Positions 26,830-37,994 of a stretch of 64,000 nt of DNA are shown here, piece after piece; position 1 is the stretch's first letter; every line of letters begins with the position of its first letter. This DNA is from Pristiophorus japonicus (Eukaryota). The position numbers and the translations under genes were made by a program. Under the pieces are notes generated by a model, which was not told the DNA's origin, did not search any database, and was given only the letters and a program-made list of their open reading frames with translations. Location of the stretch: assembly GCF_044704955.1 (NCBI RefSeq), contig NC_091994.1, forward strand, positions 27,714,001 through 27,778,000. Reading direction: 5' to 3'.

Positions 26830-27519
26830 TTGGGCCCGGCCTGTTCAGCCTCCCTCTCCTTTCTCTTCCTCCCCCCTCCCTCTCTCCCTCCCCTCCCTCT
26901 CTCCCTCCCCTCCTCTTCCACCCCCCTCCCTGTCAGAAACACAGACACTGACAGACAGAGAGATAGAGACACTGACAGAGACACACTGGGGGGGGGGGGG
27001 CGTCCCAGCACGCTGTTGGAGGACTCCCGGTGTTACCGTCGGCAAGTAGAAAATGTTTTATTTATTGATTTTTTAATTTTTAAAAATTTTTATTAATTTT
27101 TTTTGATTGATTTATTGATGTATTTAGCATTTATTATTGATGATGGCTCTTTATTTGTAAAACTGAAGTGTTTAATGTTTATAAACTTCCCTTTAAACCC
27201 CCCCCCCATTCCCAACGCCTGATTTGTAACCTACGCTTGATTTTCTAAGTGTAGACAAGGTTTTTCTGAGCGTACAAAAATCTACTCTTACTCCATTCTA
27301 AGTTAGTTTGGAGTATGTTTTCACTGCCTTAACTTTCAAAACGGGCGTAAGTGGCCGGACACGCCCCCTTTTGAAAAAAAAATCTGATCCAAACTGAAAC
27401 TGTTCTAACTGACTAGAACTGGAGCAAACTAAATGCCGAGAATTGCAATTTCTAAGATACTCCATTCTAAGCCAGTTGCTCAAAAAAAACAGGAGCAACT
27501 CAGGCCGAAACTTGGCCCC
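26830..27519. mobile_element. Partial copy of the Harbinger-type MITE, inverted relative to 12848
   Basis: Reverse complement of 12848-13480; terminal ggccgaaacttggcccc. Confidence 0.88.
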
Positions 27520-27599
27520 TAACTTTTTGTGTTTCATGCACAAGGACCCCTACTTCTGCTCTTAATTCTTATGATCTTAGGATTGCTGTTATTAGTATT

Positions 27600-28090
27600 C
27601 TAAATCAACTAGATAATGTAGACCATGACAATCTATTTCACCTTGTCCAGAACAGTAAAACATGGTGTGCATTTGAAGGGGGGTATAAATTCTAAACTAA
27701 TCTGCAGAAACAATACTTCAGTGAGCAAGTGGTTAATCCATGTAACAGGCTCCCTAGTGAGACAGTGGAAGCAGTTAGTATTAATTCATTAAAATGCAAA
27801 TTAGATAGATTTCTTTCAGAAAATAACACTTTGTGATACAGTATATGAATAATTTGAGACATAACAAGTGTAACCTGCTTAGGAGGAAAAGATGACTTTA
27901 ACCAATGTTTCCCAAAGCTGTCCAGCATTGGGGTTTTCCTCACATCATGCCTGCTCTAGACTAATCAAGAGATTGATTTCTATGATTATTCAACAACTCC
28001 ACTATTGTTGTATCATGCGACTACCAGGATAGCAGAAGACAAACTAGAAGGACCTTGGTCTTTTCTCATCTAGCAATTGCCATGTTTCCA
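27600..28090 (+). mobile_element. Old CR1-like 3' fragment
   Basis: Decayed YFSEQVVNPCNRLP-like C-terminus; its 3' UTR resembles 24850-24955. Confidence 0.6.
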
Positions 28091-28389
28091 AACAAAAAGG
28101 GCTGATAGTTGCAGCAGTCACTTGTAGTGGCAGCAATTTGATGGCACATCTTCGGATTACCCACCATTAAAGTGCATTGGCTCGTTCCAAATGCTATCAG
28201 TATCAATCAACATACTGGTGACAACCAGTTTTCTACAGATAGAGAATCTTGTCTGTTAAATGGAGATAGGCATTAAATGAGTGTTGACCTACATTCTAAA
28301 CGTTAATTCATTTGTTCTCTCCAGATGCTGGCGGATCTGCAGAGCGTTTCCAGCATTTTCTTTTCCGATCAGCATCTGAATTATGTTCA

Positions 28390-28735
28390 TTAAATAAGGC
28401 CTCATTTGCCTGTTCAGGTGTTTAAAAAAAATCCCATGACATTAGAAGAACTGATGCATTCTCCTACAAAAGCAAAATACTGCGGATGCTGGAAATCCGA
28501 AATAAAAACAGAACATTTCCAGCATTTTCTGTGATGCATTCTCCTGCTGCCCTAACCAATATCACGGTAACCGAGTTAACTGGTCAGTTATCGCAGTACT
28601 GTTTGTGGGAAACTGCTGTGCGCAAATTGTGTATATAATAGTGACAGTATTTGAAAAGTAGTTATGTTGCTGTAGCTGTGAAGGGCGTTGGGACGTCATG
28701 AGCACTTGAACGATGCAACATAAATGCAAGTTACC
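28390..28735 (+). mobile_element. Decayed DeuSINE-like SINE fragment
   Basis: aaatcccatgaca, gctgtgcgcaaattg and a 3' tail ataaatgcaag, similar to 54590-55030. Confidence 0.55.
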
Positions 28736-29229
28736 TCGGTTACCTTTGAGAAACAACAAGCACGCAGAAACAACTCCCGCAATAGTACCGAACAATGCAC
28801 TTTTATCTTTGCAGTGAAGTCACGCTATTCTCAATGAGAATAAAAACACAAGCACAATCCCAACGCGCTGCAGCTGGAAGACACTTTTCAAACGATTCAA
28901 AAAGGACCGAAAACAGTAGGTACTGAGGGAGCTTGAATCGGACTCCTTGACAGGACGAATTCCCCCCAGCACCTCAGCCCATGAAGAAACTCATTCAAAC
29001 CAGTCCACTCTACGTGGGCACCGCGTTAGGAGAAATACCGAGGCACTGTGTGGGCATCAGCAGCATCCCCCTGCATGCCCACCACACTGACAATCACCAT
29101 ACCTGCGATGCCGGATTGGCCGCGGAGAGCTGTGCAATGGGAATTAAGGACGCGCCGTTACATACTGTCCAGGATTGCTCTTTTCACTGAGGTGCTGTTC
29201 GCACCCTCCTCTCAGACCTGAAACATTCA

Positions 29230-29850
29230 CCACCCCCACCACACAATATGGCGGCCCGTCCTTCCGGTGCCGGGCTCGGCCGGGCCGACCGTTACCTTTG
29301 TGACGTCACGCAGATTCAAACCACTACAGGAAGTGCCTTGTTGTCATAGCGACGGAATCTCGCCCACCGCGCAGGGGCCTGGCCCCAGTCCCGGGCAACG
29401 CCATCACAATTCAATTCGATGTGGAAGCATAATTCAAATCTCCGATCCGACGGGCGCATTTTTTTTTCCTCACACACGGTAGCCTGGAATGTGGTGCGAG
29501 TTGCCGAAGGACGCACCGAGTGGGCGGGAGTTCCGGGCCAAGGGGGCGAGGGCGGCGCCGGGCCCCGAACACTTCCCGGGTTAGATCTCGCACTCAGGCT
29601 AACATGGCGGACGAGACGGTGGTGCCGCTGATGTTTTTGTTCCTCTTTCTGTTAATGAAACGCCGCGCCGAGTTTGAGAGCGCCAGCATCGAGAGGCGGA
29701 ACGACGCGCAGAGGAGGCTGAGAATGAGGCAGTATTTCCAGCAGCGCCAGAGGAAGATGATCTTGGTAGGGAAGGAGAGCGAGAGAGAAAAAATGTGTGC
29801 AGCGACACAAAGGCGAAAACTTCTTCTGACTGCCGGCCTGGGTTGAGTGC
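29230..29850. promoter_or_regulatory. CpG island, probable bidirectional promoter of FZR1 (-) and the Harbinger-derived gene (+)
   Basis: CpG-rich; YY1-like aatatggcggc (29245), ETS-like cttccggt (29261) and caggaagtg (29327), CRE tgacgtca (29301), RFX X-box-like gttgtcatagcgac (29340), CHR-like TTTGAA on minus (29315, 29433); minus-strand donor CAAAG|GTAACG at 29296 is a candidate FZR1 exon-1 end. Confidence 0.75.
29604..29765 (+). CDS. Exon 1 of Harbinger transposase-derived (ALP1-like) gene
   Basis: Strong Kozak aacATGG; MADETVVPLMFLFLFLLMKRR...RQRKMIL (54 codons) ends at TTG|GTAGGG, phase 0, in frame with the exon at 42775. Confidence 0.78.
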
Positions 29851-30364
29851 TGGGCAAATGTTATAGCTCTAACCCTGGGGGCCCGAACGAACAAGAGAAT
29901 AACCATTCAAAGCGGCCCCTCGGTAGTGCTGTTTTTCCAGCCTTAGCAGCCATAGCTGAAACTCAGCAGGAGTTTATAATCTCAGTCAGATCCGCAGTAT
30001 CAGAATGAATGCTGTAAAGTGAGTGACTTTGGCGGGCAAATATATTTTCTTTTTTTCGATTTTCGCTATTTCAGGGAGGAAAGTCTCAAATTAAATATAA
30101 CATTTTTTAAAAATACGAGGTTTGAAACACATTTAAACCTGTTTTTGAAATATTCCATAATTACGACTGGAATTGAGATGGGATTGTTGATTGCAATCAG
30201 TTTAGGAATTTTTTTTAGGCAGAGGGCTGTTTGCATACGCAATACTTTACCAGAAACAGTGCTGGAAGTAGAGACACCACAATAGTTTTTGAAAAGGAAA
30301 TCGATAAATATTTGAAAGGACACAAATAAAATATATGGGGAGAAGATAGACGAATGGGACTAAG

Positions 30365-31906
30365 TGCAGAGCTCTTTGTGGCAGATTTTAGGGAGCTAAG
30401 AAATAGATTAAAAAGCAGAACCTCAAAGGTAATAATCTCAGTGCCACGAGCTAGTGAGTATAGAAATAGGAGGACAGAGCAGAACAGCTGCAGAGATGTT
30501 GTTGGTGGGAGGGCTTTGGATTCCTGGGACATTGGGACTAGTTCTGGAGGAAGTGGGACTTGTACAGGTCGGACAGGTTGCACCTCAACAGAGCCAGGAC
30601 CAATATCCTCACTGGGGGTTTGCTGGTGCTGTTAGGTGCTGTTAAACTAATTTGGCAGGGGGATGGGCATCAGGATGTATTATTAGATGGGAAAAACAAA
30701 GTGCACAAAGGATTGGGAGAGAGAGATAGCACTGGAATAAGAAATAGTAAAATATTAGATGGGATCAGACTAACGGAATACAAGAAGGGTGTATTCTAAG
30801 ATGGGTTTACAGTGCATGTGTGTAAACATACAAAATATGGTAAATAAGGTTGCTGATGTGATAACGGAGTACCTGGCTCAAAAAAGGGCAGGATTGGGTA
30901 TTAAATGTTCCTGCATATAAGGTGTTCAGGAAAGATAGGGAATAAAGACAGGAGTTGGGGTGGCAGTATTGGTTAAGGAGAATGTTAGTGCTGGCGAGAG
31001 AGGATGTCCTGGAGGCGTCAAGAACAGAATCTATATGGTTAGAATTAAGAAATAATTGCCATTACACTACTAGATGTATCCTATAGGCCACCAACTAGTG
31101 GAAAGGATATAGAGGAGACAATTTTCAGTGAAATTGCAGAGAGGTGCAAGAACTATAGATATTGGGGAACTTCAACTATCCTAATATAGACTGGGATAGT
31201 AATTGTGTAAAGGGCATAGAGGGGGAAGAATTTCTGAAGTGTGTTCAGGTGAACTATCTTGATCAGTGCGTTTCCAGCCCAACGAGGAAGGAGGCATTGT
31301 TGGATCTGATTCTGGGGCATGATGTAGGGCAAGTGTCAGTAGGAGAATATTTAGGGAACTAAATATCATACGGTTTAGATTAGCTATGGAAAAGGACAGA
31401 GGACAATCTAGTGTAAAAATGCTTAATTGGAGGAAGGACAATTTCAGTGGGTTGAGAACAGATCTGGCCCCGGTAAATTGAAATCCAAGATTGGCAGGCA
31501 AAACTGTAATCAAACAATGGGCTACCTTTAACGAGGGGATGGTTGGAGAACAGTTGAGGTACATTCCCACGTGGGGGAAAGGTAGGTCAACCAAAGTCAG
31601 AGCTTCCTGGATGATGAAAGAGAGGCGAGAGTAAGGTGAAGCAGAAAAAGAGTGGGTATGACAGATGTCAGGTTGAGAATAAAGTGAGAATCAGGCTGAA
31701 TATAGCAAGTTCAGAGTGAAAAAGAAAATAAGAGGGGCAAAGAGAGAGTATGAGAATAGATTGGCAGCGAACATAAAAAGGAATTCAATTCTATTGGCAT
31801 ATAAATAGTAAAGCGAGGTAGGACTGATTACGAACCAAAAAGGAGACCTACGCATGGAGGCAGAGGGCATGGCTGAGGTACTAAATGAGTACTTTGCATC
31901 TGTCTT
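30365..31906 (+). mobile_element. CR1 LINE, 5' part (ORF1 remnant and APE endonuclease), split by the ERV
   Basis: DRLHLNRARTNIL (ORF1 esterase-like), GNFNYPNIDW...PTRKEALLDLIL (APE); ...YFASV continues as FTKEE at 40520. Confidence 0.88.
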
Positions 31907-32443
31907 TGTTAATTCGGATTCTTTTTCCCTCAATCTGTTTCAGCGAATACACTGACACACGAACACCAAAGCAGCTTATAACAAAGCAGTCTTTATTAAT
32001 TGTTTCACCGGCCGGGACTTATCAGAACAAAGGAACGCTCTCCCTCAGAGTGCGCCCACTTCCCTCGGACAAGCCCTGTTACAATGTAGGAGCGCAACAG
32101 TTATACACTTTCAGTACGTAATACAATTGAGGGACATTCAGTTCACCCTATCCTTTGTGATCCCACCTTCCTTTTGTCCACTCATGAGTCGATACCTGGC
32201 CTTCCTTGCCCAATTAGGTACGGGCAAGTGGTTATAGCAACTGTTTTGCACAAAGAACTTTCTCACCCATTGCCTGTAAATGTTACAATTTTACTGGCGT
32301 GACTAGTAACTAAGACCTTGAGCAAGTCTGTTATTTGTGCTGATGTTGTAACATTTGCAGTCTGACATTCTTTTAGTTATCCTTCCATGATTCCTTTGTT
32401 CACTTCACTGTCTCTATTGCTTATACATTTTCACACATTCTCA
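31907..32443 (-). repeat. ERV 3' LTR
   Basis: Direct repeat of 39983-40519 (about 13 differences by hand count); preceded on minus by polypurine tract aaatgggggaa; AATAAA on minus near 31992. Confidence 0.95.
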
Positions 32444-32479
32444 TTCCCCCCATTTATCATTCCATGATAACCCTGGTGA

Positions 32480-33845
32480 CTATTCCAGGAGTATCGCATT
32501 CATCCGTTCGCACTCTCTTTCCTGATCCTCCTTGTCGAGTAGGTCTTTAGTTTGCTGGATCATAACTCGGGAGCCCATGGCCACAAGAGGGTTTGCTAAC
32601 CTTGCCATCATGACTTTACAACAAAGGTTAAAGCAACCAATAAGCAACAGGTAATTATTACTACGATGAGAATAATTGCTCCATGCATTAGATACGATCC
32701 CCAGGATCCACCTAACAGCCAATCAAACCAGCCTACTCCTCCTGTAGGGGTGGATAACTTCTTTACCTCCCTTCTTATGTGATCAGCGAGATTGGTTATG
32801 TTTTCTGAATTATCGGGGATGTAAGTGCAACATTCAGATCCTATCAGGGCACATGTTCCGCCTTTCTCAGCTAACAGATAATTGAGGGCCATTCGGTTTT
32901 GTAATGCCACGGTCCGTATTGCTATCATTTCGGCCGTGATGCCCTCCAGAGCTTCAGCAGTATAGTTAGCTATCTGTTCCAATACCCTTTTTAGGTTCTG
33001 TACTTCATCCATGGTGCGTCCTATCCCGAATGGGAACATCATGACCCCAAAGAACCTTTTGGCGGGGGTGAGGGCTCGCCTGTGTCGGCTGGAGGCATGT
33101 GCTTCCGCCAGGGTACGTGTTTGCTGCACAAATGGAACCACATATCCCAAATAGCAGGACCCTGTCCATCGCCTAGGTAACCAGGGGTATGCCCTATGCC
33201 CACACACAAAATACATGCCGTTATACGCTGCCTTTTTATATATTGTGTTGGGGTTCCAAGACTGGGCCCACAGACCTCCACCTGTTTTATTCGGAAGGTG
33301 AGAGAAGATAGTGACTCGTGCACCTGTTGTGATGTTGAGGTTTAGTGGGCAATCGCTGTACCCTATGATATGTCCCTTTCTGCTGGTGTCATTTCGGGTT
33401 AAACATATGGTCCCGCTTGGCCTCCCGATCCCCGAGGTATTGGTCAGGACCAAGAATGGGGGTTCCTTTTTATGGTCATAGGGCGGTTGGTACCATCCCT
33501 GGAACGTTTGACTAATGGGGTAGCCAGCACTCTCCCACTCGGTGACGTCCCCGTGGTTGTCCACGCGGTAACGGTATGATGCTCCTCCTGCCCTCCGTGA
33601 TCCCTCTCTTGACCCGCCTTTCATACAGTCTCAGTTAGGGTCAGTGCAACGGGGCGCAAAGGAATTCCCCCTTTGGAACGTATAGGCATATGTGAGCACA
33701 CCCAGCAACTAGAAAAGTTCCCATTTCGCGCATAAACATAAGACATATATAGAAACGTGTTTACACGGAGTTCCTTTCGTTGTCTTGCCCCCTGTATGTT
33801 ATAAGCCGCCAACGCCATTATACTAAAAAGAATCCACAACCCCAT
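32480..33845 (-). pseudogene. env: Retroviral env (gamma-type), two frameshifts
   Basis: Signal peptide MGLWILFSIMALAA, CWVC (CXXC), furin site RHRR, fusion peptide, ISD LQNRMALNYLLAEKGGTC, CX6CC (CALIGSECC), TM helix; frame breaks near 33622 and 32640; splice acceptor ...atgttacAG near 34012. Confidence 0.92.
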
Positions 33846-34034
33846 AGCTATGGGTTAAGTGGATATCATCCAACGTCCTCTGGGCCCGTCAGGTTCCAAG
33901 AGTCCCAAGGACCCGGTTTGTCCAACGGGGAATTGGAGGTACACAACCTTCAGCAGCTCGTCTTTGCTTGCCCGAATGTTCAACTTATTCAGCTATGGGA
34001 TAGAGGAAGTCTGTAACATAAATATAGAGGATAG

Positions 34035-35156
34035 TTAAGGAGTGATAAGCTTGCAATGATGCAGGTGAACCCAGGCACTTCTCCCTTCAACCTTAGCTGC
34101 AGTGGGGGTAGTGAGTAACACCTGAAAAGGCTCCTCCCATCGTGGCTCTAATCCTTTTCGAATTCATTTCTTAATCAGGACATACTTCCCTGGTGCCACG
34201 AGGGACAATTCGGGCGAAACTGGGAGGTCGAGGTGAGCATCTCGAACTTGGTTGTGGGCTATTCGCAGAGCCTGAGTCAGGGAAAGAACATAGGTGGTCA
34301 TTTCCTCAGTCATGTGGTGGAACTGGACAGTGGAGGGGACATTCTGATTCCATGGGGTCCTAAGGGGCCTACCATAAATGACCTCCGCGGGGGTCAGTCT
34401 AGCCTTGCCGGTGGGAGTAGTTCAGATCTGGAATAGGGCTATGGGAAGGAGTTTGAGCCAATTGAGTCCAGTTGATGCTACCAGTTTTGCAAGCTTGGTT
34501 TTAAGAGTTTGATTAGCACGTTCAACTAATCCCGCAGCTTGGGGTCGGTAGGCACAATGCAGCTGCTGGTTAATGTTCATCTGGGAACAGAATTTTTTGT
34601 TAACTTGGCCAATAAAGTGAGGGCCATTATCGGAACTCAGTCGAGCTGGGATACCATATCTAGGAACAATTTCCCTCATTAACACCTTAACAACAGTTTG
34701 AGCCTTATTGTCCAGGGTAGGGTAAGCTTCGATCCATTTGCTAAACACATATTTGTAACACTGAACTCTTTGCAACTCAATGTCGTCCAACTGCAAGGTC
34801 TCAAAGGGACCTTCTGGTAGAGGCGTCTTACCCCAATCACAGGGGACTCCCTTCCCTGGATTATGCTGCTGGCAAACAAGGCAGCGACTACTGATGTTCT
34901 GGGCCAGCGCCTGGAGTCTAGGGTGCCACCAAGTGGCCAAAAGCTTGTCACTTGTTGTCCTTGCTCCACAATAAGTAGCAAAGTGCATACATTCAATAAC
35001 CCATAGGGCCAACTCTTCAGACATGCAAGTCTGTTCCGCGGGAGTGGTCCAGAGTTTAGAGACATTGTCATAAGTACATCCATAATCTTTCCACAACAGT
35101 TTATCTTTTTCAGGAGCGTCCTCCTGTGCTTTAATTACATCTTGGATGGTTGGCAT
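34035..35156 (-). pseudogene. pol: Retroviral pol, integrase domain only
   Basis: Zn-finger remnant HFATY...CLVC, catalytic core LQLD / SSDNG / GLVERAN, C-terminal [14 protein letters not shown]...WVHLHHCK; small deletion and frameshifts. Confidence 0.92.
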
Positions 35157-36110
35157 TGGTTTTTCCCGAGGCTAACTTATCTTTTGCAAAGTTTTAGTCT
35201 GACTCATCTTTAATCCATGCATGTCGAGGTCACTCCGTGAAATCGGAGGTCAGGGTTAGGTTGGGTTTCTGGATTCCCCACCGTGGATGCATTGGCTCTT
35301 TTGCCACAGGTGATGGTGCTATGGCTGTGCACTGTATTATCTGTCTCTGTCTGGTCCCGTTTTTAAAAAATCTCTTTCAGCTTATTTATCTTAGCCTTTT
35401 AACTCTTGAGTTTGTTTTGTTTGAGTATCTATTTCTTTATTGTATCAGGCAAGTATTATTACATAAGCTAGTTCTATTTTATTCTGACTATCCCACCATT
35501 TCCTTTATCTGTCAGGTGAGTCTTTATTCTATTAAGAAATCCAAATTAATAATGTTCAGTATAAAACGGCTGTCACTGGAAAGGGTAAACTCCTTTACAG
35601 GTTTGTAAGAAGAGCTGATGTCATTGCGTGACTTCACGTAATCATCTGAAAAAAAAGTCTTTGTGCCTTCAAAACTTGCTTAGAAATTAGGAATCCGTTA
35701 AACAGCAGAAATCATTAGTAAAGCCGTCATAATAAAAGTCTTCTCATCAGGAAAGGCAGCATTTTAGATTAAACTCCAAAATTTTTTTTTTAACTTCTAA
35801 TTCAAGTACTTGCCAAATAATTTTTTTTTAAAAAATTGATTTAAAACGAGACCACACATTTTTAATAGCTATTTGTTTACTGAAATTAAATTTCGTCATC
35901 AGCCTCGGTCAATGCAAAGCCAACCATTTGACTACGTAGTCTATCAATACCTTTCTCATTGTTTGCCTTCTCCTTAGAACAGTGGCTCCTGGTGAAAGAT
36001 TAGGTAATGAGTCTGTAACATTGCCTCAAAGCTCATATTGTGACAATAACATTGAAATGTGACTTGCAACATGTGTGAGAAAAGGGTTTCAAACTGAGAT
36101 AAGGGCTACC

Positions 36111-36321
36111 TGTAATATATTTGCTTCATGGGTTCTTTGCTTAAGAATTCATAGCAGCACATTGCTATTAAGAACGAGTTGGTTTATTAGCAAAAGGTTT
36201 AATACTACACATTACCAGTTCATCCACTAGGCTCACAACCACCTGCCTCATCGTGGATCCCCCGAACCCAACTGGCTGGGGTTTTATTGAGTCTTGTGAA
36301 TATCACGTGACTGGCTAAGCC
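36111..36321. mobile_element. Possible truncated LTR of a different LTR element inside the ERV
   Basis: Begins tgtaat; minus-strand AATAAA motifs; composition differs from the flanking ERV; truncated by CR1. Confidence 0.35.
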
Positions 36322-37994
36322 TCTCAACAAGATTGTTAATTCGTCCTTTATCATTACACATCACCCAGTCTAGGATGGCCAGCCATCTAGTTGGTTCCTC
36401 GACATATTGGTCTAGAAAACCATCCCTAATACACTCCAGGAAATCCTCCTCCACCGCATTGCTACCAGTTTGGTTAGCCCGATCAATATGTAGATTAAAG
36501 TAGCCCATGATAACTGCTGTACCTTTATTGCATACATCCCTAATTTCTTGTTAGAAACAAGCCTGAAGGCTCTGAGTCTCAATGCGAGGAGCATTCATAA
36601 TAAGGGGGACGAATTAACTGCGCAGATAGCTGTTAACGAATATGATGTAATTGGGATTACGGAGACATGGCTCCAGGGTAACCAAGGCTGGGAATTCAAC
36701 ATCCAGGGGGATTCAATATTCAGGAAGGATAGACAGGAAGGAAGAGGAGGTGGGGTAGTGTTACTGGTTAAAGAGGATGTTAATGCAATAGTAAGGAAGG
36801 ACATTAGCTTGGATGATGCGGAATCTATATGGGTAGAGCTGCGAAACACCAAAGGGCAGAAAACGTTATTGGGGGTAATGTATTGAGGTGGATAGAGAAC
36901 TGGTTGGCAGACAGGATGCAAAGAGTGGGAATAAACCAGTCCTTTTCAGAATGGCAGGCAGTGACTAGTGGGGTACTGCAAGGTTCAGTGCTGGGACCCC
37001 AGCTATTTAAAATATACATTAATGATTTAGACGAAAGAATTGAATGTAATATCTCCAAGATTGCAGATGACACTAAGCTGGGTGGCTATGTGAGCTGTGA
37101 GGGGGATGCTAAGAGGCTGCAGGGTGACTTGGATAGATTAGGTGGATGAGAAACTGCAGATGCAGTATAATGTGGATAAATGTGACGTTATCCACTTTGG
37201 TGGCAAAAACAGGAAGACAGATTATTATCTGAATGGTGACAAATTAGTAAAAGGGGAGGTGCAACGAGACCTGGGTGTCATGGTACTATATCAGTCACTG
37301 AAGGTGGGCATGCAGGTACAGCAGGCAGTAAAGAAAGCAAATGGCATGCTGGCTTTCATAGCGAGAGGATTTGAGTATAGGAGCAGGGAGGTCTTACTGC
37401 AGTTGTGCAGGGCCTTGGTGAGACCACACCTTGAGTATTGTGTGCAGTTTTGTTCTCCTAATCTGAGGAAGGACGTGCTTGCGATTGAGGGAGTGCAGCG
37501 AAAGTTCACCAGACTAATTCCCGGGATGGCAGGACTGACATATGAAGAAAGACTGGATCGACTAGGGTTATACTCACTGGAATTTAGAAGAATGAGAGGG
37601 GTGAGAGGGGATCTCATAGAAGCATATAAAATTATGACAGGACTGGAAAGGTAAGATGCAGGATAAATGTTCCCGATGTTGGGAAGTCCATTAACATGGA
37701 GTCATAGTCCAAGGCTAAGGGGTAAGCCATATAGGACCGAAATGAGGAGAAACTTTTTCGCCCAGGGAATTGTGAACCTGTGGAATTCTCTACCACAGAA
37801 AGTTGTTGAGTCCATTTCGTTGGATATATTCAAGAGGGAGTTAGATGTGGGTAAGGAGGTCAGGGGGTATGGAGAGAAGGCGGGAGTGAGGTACTGAAGT
37901 TGCATGATCAGCCATGATCATATTGAATGGTAGTGCAGGCTCGAAGGGCTGAATGGCCTGCTCCTGCAACTAGTTTCTATGTTTCTATGTTTCT
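36322..37994 (+). mobile_element. Rearranged CR1 LINE inserted in the ERV (inverted 5' piece plus internal deletion)
   Basis: 36322-36552 is APE C-part on minus; 36553-36882 is APE N-part on plus (NARSI, GITETWL), fused directly to RT (WIENWL, ADDTKL); tail ctatgtttctatgtttc. Confidence 0.9.

Noticed and set aside
29520-29846. 108-aa single-exon ORF
   Set aside because: Starts at a non-ATG codon; better explained as a 54-codon exon from ATG 29604 ending at the donor at 29765
32608-33624. Domesticated syncytin-like env
   Set aside because: Signal peptide is out of frame, the tail is frameshifted and the provirus is young; no evidence of selection from sequence alone
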